Positions 57,978-64,000 of a DNA stretch of 64,000 nt are shown here, piece by piece (position 1 is the first letter of the stretch; each line of letters begins with the position of its first letter). Position numbers and translations under genes: made by a program. The notes below the pieces were generated by a model, which had not been told where the DNA came from, searched no databases, and saw only the letters and a list, made by a program, of their open reading frames with translations. The stretch comes from Acidobacteriaceae bacterium (GTDB lineage: Bacteria; Acidobacteriota; Terriglobia; Terriglobales; Acidobacteriaceae). The stretch covers positions 15,575 through 79,574 of the forward strand of contig JBATVK010000153.1 in the NCBI GenBank assembly GCA_049671725.1. Reading direction: 5' to 3'.

Positions 57978-60704
57978 ATGAAACGGAGGCCGCTTCGTTC
58001 CTCGGGCTTTTGCAGCAGTATGCCTTTCTTAAGGTTCGTCCTGGTTCTTGCTGCGGCTTCGGCGCTGGCCGGATGCGGTGGCAGTTCCCGTCCCATCAGC
58101 GTGAAGGTCGCAGCGTCCGCCACCACTGTCGACGGCACAGACAGCACCACGCTGACGGCAACCGTCACCAACGACAAAAACGGCGATGGCGTCACATGGA
58201 AGCTGAGCGGAGTAGGGTCGCTGTCCGGCGAGACCAAAACTTCAGCCACCTACACCGCGCCGGCAGCCACCAGCTCCGCAGTGACGGTCACCGTCACCGC
58301 AACCTCTGTGGCCAAAACCAGCGATACGGCGAGCGTCACCATCACCGTGCCGGCCGCACCGGCCATGACCACCACGAACGCCAACCTGACCGGCCAGGTG
58401 GGTTCCGCGTACTCCGTCCAGCTCCAGGGCAGCGGCGGCATTCCTCCCTATGTCAACTGGGCGCTGGCGAACAACAGCAGCGCGGTCCCGGCTCAGACAA
58501 GCGAGAGTGGCGTGCTGCCGCCATGCGTCACGCTGAGTTCGAGCGGCCTGCTCTCCAGCACATCGCCGCCGCCGGCTTCGTGTGCGGGGACATTCGCCAA
58601 CCTGGTTTTCACCTTCAGCGACTCCGGCACACCGACGCCGCTCACGGCGACTACCGCTCCGATGACGATCACTATTGTGGCCGCGCCGGCCATCACCTTC
58701 CCGGCGCCCGGCGCTTCTGTACCGGGCCCCGCGACCTACGGTGAGGCTTACAGTGGCTCCGTGGCCGCCACAGGCGGGGCGGGAGCGCTGACCTATGCGC
58801 TCAGCGGCACGCTGCCCGCGGGCCTGAGCTTAGGAGCGAGTACAGGCATCATTACCGGCAAGCCCACTGCGGTCGGAACCTTCCCGTTCAGCGTTTCGGC
58901 AGCCGACGCCTTCGGCGACGCGGCAACTTCGCCGAGTTATTCGATTACTGTCAGCTACGGCGCGCTCTCGATCGCACCGGCGGCCGGGAGCCTGCCCGGC
59001 GGAACCGTTGGCACCGCGTACCAGCAAACCCTGACGGCTTCGGGTGGAAGCGGGACCGGTTATACGTGGACCGTCACGGGTCTTCCCGCGGATGGGCTGG
59101 ACTATACGGCAGACGGCGGCACGCTGACGGTGAGCGGAACCCCAACCAGCGCCGAGACGGTCAGCTTTACGGCGGCGGTCGAGGACAGCGCGAATAACAG
59201 CGCGGGCCCGTACACGTACACCATCGCTGTTGGCAGCGCCAACACCGGCAGCGCGCTCAAGGGAACCTATGTTTGCCTGATCCAGGGATTCGTCGACTCA
59301 TCCGGCTACCGCTTTGCAACGCTGACCAGCTTTAAGGCGGACGGCCAGGGCAACTTCAGCAGCGGCGTGTACGACTCCAACCGGAATGGGAAGGCGCCGG
59401 ATACCGGCACCCTGAGCGGTACCTACAGCGCCGGCGCGGACGGCAACGGTACGGCATCCGTCACCGCCGCCTCCACGGTAACCAGCACCCAGGAGACGCA
59501 CGGCTTCGCGCTGGCCGTCACGCCGTCGGCCACCCCGGCCCAGCAGTTCAGCCTGGTGGAGAACGACGACACGGGCAGTACACCCTCCGGAAAGCACTCT
59601 AAGGGGAACTGCTACCTCGCCACACCGAGCGCCTTTGCCGCGAGCACGCTCAGCGGCAACAGCTTCGCGTGGCAGTCCGACGGTGAGAACAGCAGCGGCG
59701 ATGCCAAGTCCAGCGTGGGGCAGATCGCATTCGCGGCATCGGGCCTGACGGTGACCGGCGGAGCCAGCGACACCGCGGTAGCCGGCAACACCGCGATGAG
59801 TTCCAACACCTTCACGGGGGGCAGCTTTACGACTCCGGACAGCGCGTCGGGACGCACTCCGCTGACGCTGACGATCTCGAAGAACGGTGAGATCGCGACC
59901 GGGAATTTCGTCGTGTATCTGATCGATACGAATCGCGCGTTCGAGATGGAAACAGACCCGATCGGACCTGGCGATCTGGCGGCCGGAGAGGTACGGCGTC
60001 AACAGGAGACCTCCTGGACGGATGCGAACCTCAGCGGCGCGTTCATCTTTTATACCCAGGGGCTGGAGTTCGAGACGAGCGGTAGCAGTACGCCGAGCGG
60101 CTACTACTCCATCGTTTATCAGGGGACGGGGAACGGCACTGGCGACCTGGCCATCGCGCAGAGCTACATGAACGAGAACGGCACCTACACGGCGGGCGGC
60201 ACGATGGGCAGTGTGGCCGTAACCTTCGACAGCAGCGTTCCAGGCCGTGTCACGATCAGCGGAAACTCGGGAACCATCGTCCTGTATCTGTTCGCCACCA
60301 ATACCGCGTTTGAGGTGAGCGGCGGCGGAAGCGGGGGGACTTCGGTGGAATCCGGCCGCCTGGAACCACAAACGCAGACCACCTTTACCGACGCGGCGCT
60401 GGCAGGCTCGTACATGATGGGGGAGATGGTGCCGCTGGAAGTGACCGCTCTGGATCAGGACGGCGAGCTGACGGTGGGGAGCGACGGCACCCTGCAAGGC
60501 CAGTTCACCGAGGGCGGAGAGGGGGTTTACACCTTCGACCAGAGCAGCAGCGCAACCTACGCGTGGGACACCACGGTGACCGGGACGGGTACGTTCCTGG
60601 CGCCGAGCCCCGCGAGCTGGAGCTGTGCGGTCATCAACTCCACGCGTTTTGTATGCGTGGATCAGACGGCGTCGCCGGCGGCGATGCGGATCTTCCAACA
60701 GTAA
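57978..60704 (+). CDS. large lipoprotein with N-terminal Ig-like (He_PIG/'putative Ig') repeats and four C-terminal ~110-aa repeat modules
   Basis: A GGAGG SD precedes the ATG. The lipobox is LAGC. Ig-repeat signatures include GSAYSVQLQGSGGIPPY, GEAYSGSVAATGGAGALTYALSGTLPAGLSL and GTAYQQTLTASGGSGTGYTW. Confidence 0.8.
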   Translation: MKRRPLRSSGFCSSMPFLRFVLVLAAASALAGCGGSSRPISVKVAASATTVDGTDSTTLTATVTNDKNGDGVTWKLSGVGSLSGETKTSATYTAPAATSSAVTVTVTATSVAKTSDTASVTITVPAAPAMTTTNANLTGQVGSAYSVQLQGSGGIPPYVNWALANNSSAVPAQTSESGVLPPCVTLSSSGLLSSTSPPPASCAGTFANLVFTFSDSGTPTPLTATTAPMTITIVAAPAITFPAPGASVPGPATYGEAYSGSVAATGGAGALTYALSGTLPAGLSLGASTGIITGKPTAVGTFPFSVSAADAFGDAATSPSYSITVSYGALSIAPAAGSLPGGTVGTAYQQTLTASGGSGTGYTWTVTGLPADGLDYTADGGTLTVSGTPTSAETVSFTAAVEDSANNSAGPYTYTIAVGSANTGSALKGTYVCLIQGFVDSSGYRFATLTSFKADGQGNFSSGVYDSNRNGKAPDTGTLSGTYSAGADGNGTASVTAASTVTSTQETHGFALAVTPSATPAQQFSLVENDDTGSTPSGKHSKGNCYLATPSAFAASTLSGNSFAWQSDGENSSGDAKSSVGQIAFAASGLTVTGGASDTAVAGNTAMSSNTFTGGSFTTPDSASGRTPLTLTISKNGEIATGNFVVYLIDTNRAFEMETDPIGPGDLAAGEVRRQQETSWTDANLSGAFIFYTQGLEFETSGSSTPSGYYSIVYQGTGNGTGDLAIAQSYMNENGTYTAGGTMGSVAVTFDSSVPGRVTISGNSGTIVLYLFATNTAFEVSGGGSGGTSVESGRLEPQTQTTFTDAALAGSYMMGEMVPLEVTALDQDGELTVGSDGTLQGQFTEGGEGVYTFDQSSSATYAWDTTVTGTGTFLAPSPASWSCAVINSTRFVCVDQTASPAAMRIFQQ

Positions 60705-60710
60705 TCCTCA

Positions 60711-60750
60711 GCTTGCCGGGATGCGCTTTCCTTCGCGCATCCCGGCAAGC
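60711..60750. terminator. perfect 16-bp inverted repeat between convergent genes (probable bidirectional terminator or protein-binding hairpin)
   Basis: GCTTGCCGGGATGCGC-TTTCCTTC-GCGCATCCCGGCAAGC starts 7 nt after the lipoprotein stop. No U-tract follows on either strand. Confidence 0.5.
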
Positions 60751-60848
60751 TGCATTCCTGTCCACGATGTCTTCGATCGAAACATCAGCAGGCTCTTTGC
60801 CTGCCCCACCAGCCGCCTGCTCGCATTCCTGTAGACGCCGCCCTGCCC

Positions 60849-62117
60849 TTACGCGTAGATCCCGCGCTGCTTGATGGTGAACGCCACCCGGTCGATGGCC
60901 AGCATATACGCCGCGATGCGGTTGTTCACCGCGTGCGCCTCTGCGTATCGCGTCACGTCGTCGAAGCTCTCCGACAGAATCGCCTCCATCCGGTCGTTCA
61001 CTTCCTGCTCTTTCCAGAAATATCCCTGGCGATCCTGCACCCACTCGAAGTACGACGCCGTCACGCCTCCGGCATTGGCGAGAATATCCGGCACGATAAA
61101 CACTTTCTTGTCCGCCAGAATCTCATCGGCAACCGCGGTCGTCGGCCCGTTCGCGCCTTCGCACACAATCCGCGCTTTAATCCGCTCCGCATTCCGGCTT
61201 GTGATCACGTTCTCCGTCGCCGCCGGAATCAGGATCTCGCAATCCGTTGTCAACAGCTCCGCCGTCGGCATCCCCTCCGCGCCGCGGAATCCCAGCACCG
61301 TCCCGTTCCGTTGCCGATGCTCCAGCAACGCGCAGACGTCGATGCCGTTCTGGTTATACAGCCCCCCGTCCCATTCCCCGATCCCGATCACCTTGTAGCC
61401 GCGCTCCTGCATCAGCCGCGCCGCATTCGATCCCACGTTTCCAAATCCCTGAATGATCACCCGGCAGCCGTCCCGCTGGATGTGCAGGTACTTCAGCGCC
61501 TCGTCGCACACCAGCGCGATCCCGCGCCCGGTCGCCTCCTTCCGTCCGCGCGACCCTCCGATGTTCAGTGGCTTGCCTGTCACCACCGCCGTCACTGTTT
61601 GCCGCATGTGCATCGAGTAGGTGTCCATGATCCACGCCATGGTCTGCTCGTTCGTGTTCACATCCGGCGCCGGTACGTCCTTTTCCGGGCCCAGGAACTC
61701 GATAATCTCCGCCGTGTAGCGCCGCGTCATCCGCTCCAGCTCGCCCTGCGACATCTTCTTCGGGTCGCAGATCACCCCGCCCTTGGCGCCTCCGAACGGA
61801 ATATTCACCACCGCGCATTTCCACGTCATCCAGCTCGCCAGCGCCCGCACCTCATCCAGGGTTACATCCGGCGCGTACCGGATTCCGCCCTTGCCCGGTC
61901 CGCGCGCCTGCGAGTGCAGCACCCGGTACCCCGTGAACATCTCAATCCGCCCATCGTCCATCCCCACCGGAAAGTGCACGATAATCTCGCGCGAAGGGTA
62001 GCGCAGCACGCGCCATAACCCCTCGTCCAGATTCAGTTTCCGTGCCGCAAAGTCGAACCGTGCCGCCTGGGCTTCCCAGGGATTAATCTCCTGTTCCAGG
62101 GTCATCGCTGTTGCCAT
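60849..62117 (-). CDS. gdh: NAD(P)-dependent glutamate dehydrogenase (Glu/Leu/Phe/Val dehydrogenase family)
   Basis: GPGKGGIRY and the catalytic Lys motif [10 protein letters not shown] are present, and GFGNVGS is the Rossmann motif. I used the internal ATG at 62117 (MATAMTLEQ...), which follows a GGAGAA SD. The ORF-track start at 62465 adds an implausible extension. Confidence 0.95.
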   Translation of the reverse strand: MATAMTLEQEINPWEAQAARFDFAARKLNLDEGLWRVLRYPSREIIVHFPVGMDDGRIEMFTGYRVLHSQARGPGKGGIRYAPDVTLDEVRALASWMTWKCAVVNIPFGGAKGGVICDPKKMSQGELERMTRRYTAEIIEFLGPEKDVPAPDVNTNEQTMAWIMDTYSMHMRQTVTAVVTGKPLNIGGSRGRKEATGRGIALVCDEALKYLHIQRDGCRVIIQGFGNVGSNAARLMQERGYKVIGIGEWDGGLYNQNGIDVCALLEHRQRNGTVLGFRGAEGMPTAELLTTDCEILIPAATENVITSRNAERIKARIVCEGANGPTTAVADEILADKKVFIVPDILANAGGVTASYFEWVQDRQGYFWKEQEVNDRMEAILSESFDDVTRYAEAHAVNNRIAAYMLAIDRVAFTIKQRGIYA

Positions 62118-62618
62118 CTGAGGTTTCTCCACCGCCGTAAGATGCTGGCGACAGGAAATGGACGGTTCACAACCGCCAAAGCCCGGTCCCAGGCCAAACG
62201 GTCCGAGTATAGGCCCGTCCCCGCACCCGCGGCAAGGCTTCTCGCACCTCATTGGGTAACTGAAGGTTACGATTGTCGATCCTGTTACCGCGCCGCCGCT
62301 CCCCGGCCATGCGGCTATTCGGACCTGCCCCGCCCCGGACCTTAGCCGGTTATCTCCCCAGGGATACTGGTGTGGCATCGAGAAGGCGAAGAAGCTGCCG
62401 CATAAACGCATGAGCCCCGGTCGCACGCCCAAACCCCTCTGCTGCAATGGATTGGCAGCGCTCATGCCACAAAAGACGCATTGGGCGGCAGCCCCTGCTG
62501 CGATATATAGAATGGGCGCGCTCCTGCGTGCGGGTCCCCGAGCTTTTTCACATTGTGCACGATGGTTGGAGGTTGGATCGATGATGCGCTGGCCCCCGCA
62601 AGGGTCTGAGGCAGAGGT

Positions 62619-64000
62619 ATGACGCGCCGGGCCAGGGCTCTGGTGTGCGTGGTCGTCGCGGGCGCAATCGTCAGCCTCTGGTCAGTCCACGCGCAGCCGG
62701 GGCGGCGGTGGATGGAACTGGTCGTCTACCTCGTCGCCATCCTCATCAGTTCGAACATGAAGGTTCCGATGCCGAAGAGCAACGGGACCATGTCGGTGGA
62801 TTTTCCTTTCATCCTGCTCGGCATCCTGCAGTTGGCGCCGGGCCAGGCCGTACTGCTGGCCGTGGCCAGCGTGATTGCCCAGTGCCGGGTGAAGGTGGTG
62901 AAAGCCTTCACCCTGGTGCAGATTCTCTTTAACGTCGCCAACGTCACGACCGCGACGGTGCTGGCCTGTCACACGTATGCGGCTTCCCTGCGCCTCGTGC
63001 GCGGCGAAACGGCGCCGGCGCTCACCCTTGCCGTGACCGTTTACTTCCTCGCCAACACCATACCACTGGCCCTGGTGCTGGGTTGGGAGTCAGGCACCTC
63101 GCCGCTGCAGCAGTGGCTGAACGAGTTCCCCTGGTATTTCCCGTTCTACCTGGTCGGCGCAATGCTGGCTGCGCTCGCGAACTTTATCGGCGACCACTAC
63201 GGCTGGCTGACGTCAATGCTGCTGGTCCCGATGGCGTACACAATCTATCGCGCCTATCGCGCCCAGATCGAGATCCTCCGCGACCGGGAGCGGCACATCG
63301 TCGAGACCGAGGCCCTGCAGTTGCGCACCATCGAAGGCCTGGCCATGGCCATCGAGGCCAAGGACAAGAATACCCACCGCCACCTGATGCGCGTGCGGGT
63401 CTACGTCTCCGAGCTGGGCCGGCTCATGGGGCTTGACGACTCGACCATGAAGGCGCTGGTGACGGCTTCCTACCTGCACGACATCGGCAAGCTCGCCGTG
63501 CCCGAGCACATCATCAACAAGCCGGGCCGGCTCACGCCGGAAGAGTTCGAGAAGATGAAGATCCACCCCGTGGTGGGCGCGGACATTCTGGAGCGCGTGC
63601 GCTTCCCCTATCCGGTGGTGCCCATCGTCCGCTCCCATCATGAATCCTGGGACGGCAGGGGGTACCCCGACGGCCTCAGGTCTACGGAGATCCCCATCGG
63701 AGCGCGTATTCTCACCGCCGTCGATTGCCTGGACGCGCTGGCCTCCGAGAGACCCTACCGCCGCGCCATGCCGCTGGATGAAGCCATGGCCTTTGTGAAG
63801 AACAAAGCCGGCATTCAGTTCGACCCTGACGTTGTCCAGCTGCTGGCCGAGCACTATCCGCGCCTCGAGCAGATGGCGCGTGAAGCAACGGAAGACATTA
63901 CGCCCTTGAACACCGATCTGTTCATCAGCCGCGGAGAGGCCCCCGGCAATGGCTACGAGCCGGAGAACGGCCCGCAGATCGCGAGCCGCGACGCGTACGC
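62619..64000 (+). CDS. membrane-anchored HD-GYP domain protein (c-di-GMP phosphodiesterase family), 3'-truncated by the window end
   Basis: This ORF is not in the track because it has no stop inside the window. The ATG at 62619 follows a GAGGCAGAGG SD, and an in-frame TGA lies at 62607. About 6-7 TM helices are followed by HLMRVRVY..., [12 protein letters not shown] and [14 protein letters not shown], the HD and GYP motifs. Confidence 0.9.
   Translation, partial: MTRRARALVCVVVAGAIVSLWSVHAQPGRRWMELVVYLVAILISSNMKVPMPKSNGTMSVDFPFILLGILQLAPGQAVLLAVASVIAQCRVKVVKAFTLVQILFNVANVTTATVLACHTYAASLRLVRGETAPALTLAVTVYFLANTIPLALVLGWESGTSPLQQWLNEFPWYFPFYLVGAMLAALANFIGDHYGWLTSMLLVPMAYTIYRAYRAQIEILRDRERHIVETEALQLRTIEGLAMAIEAKDKNTHRHLMRVRVYVSELGRLMGLDDSTMKALVTASYLHDIGKLAVPEHIINKPGRLTPEEFEKMKIHPVVGADILERVRFPYPVVPIVRSHHESWDGRGYPDGLRSTEIPIGARILTAVDCLDALASERPYRRAMPLDEAMAFVKNKAGIQFDPDVVQLLAEHYPRLEQMAREATEDITPLNTDLFISRGEAPGNGYEPENGPQIASRDAY

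Noticed and set aside
62142-62622. Two small plus-strand ORFs (67 and 70 aa) in the gdh/HD-GYP spacer
   Set aside because: Neither has an SD. Their Arg/Pro/Ala-rich translations have no hydrophobic or structured features. The second ends inside the HD-GYP start region in another frame.

Overview
This is a high-GC bacterial chromosomal segment, about 60-65% G+C in hand spot-counts. It looks most like an Acidobacteriota (Terriglobia-type) genome. The basis is two giant TonB-dependent receptors with carboxypeptidase-regulatory-like N-termini, many secreted glycosidases and peptidases, and GT-C glycosyltransferases. That placement is inference from gene content, not a database hit. I call about 50 protein genes and one tRNA-Lys(CTT). 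I found no rRNA, no CRISPR array, and no transposase, integrase or phage genes. Housekeeping anchors are rplU-rpmA, obg, mnmG, recR, a class-I DAHP synthase and a glutamate dehydrogenase. The remaining genes are mostly envelope, transport and polymer-degradation functions: M1 and M24 peptidases, GH3+PA14, GH76, a GH63/trehalase-like enzyme, OPT and EamA transporters, three TonB-dependent receptors, two MetA-type outer-membrane barrels and ArnT-like GT-C enzymes. There are also redox enzymes, a PadR regulator and a membrane HD-GYP protein cut by the window end. Genes are tightly packed, with several ATGA overlaps and convergent genes that touch or overlap. Many long ORFs in the supplied track are antisense or out-of-frame shadows typical of high-GC DNA, and I rejected them. 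Nothing here can be proven to be a new system from sequence alone. The best candidates are: (1) a low-GC islet at 23.3-24.9 kb with an AT-rich spacer, a 68-aa secreted Cys-peptide gene and an orphan 7-TM protein; (2) a PadR-terminated operon of an outer-membrane barrel and two translationally coupled membrane proteins, followed by a PAP2 phosphatase gene (43.4-46.6 kb); (3) a 59-aa two-TM ORF missing from the ORF track that abuts another membrane gene (53.1-53.7 kb); (4) a 6.7-kb envelope module between obg and rplU-rpmA, plus a highly structured rplU leader; and (5) a signal-less peptidoglycan-binding/lytic-transglycosylase-like protein. All family calls rest on motifs read by eye. No searches were run.
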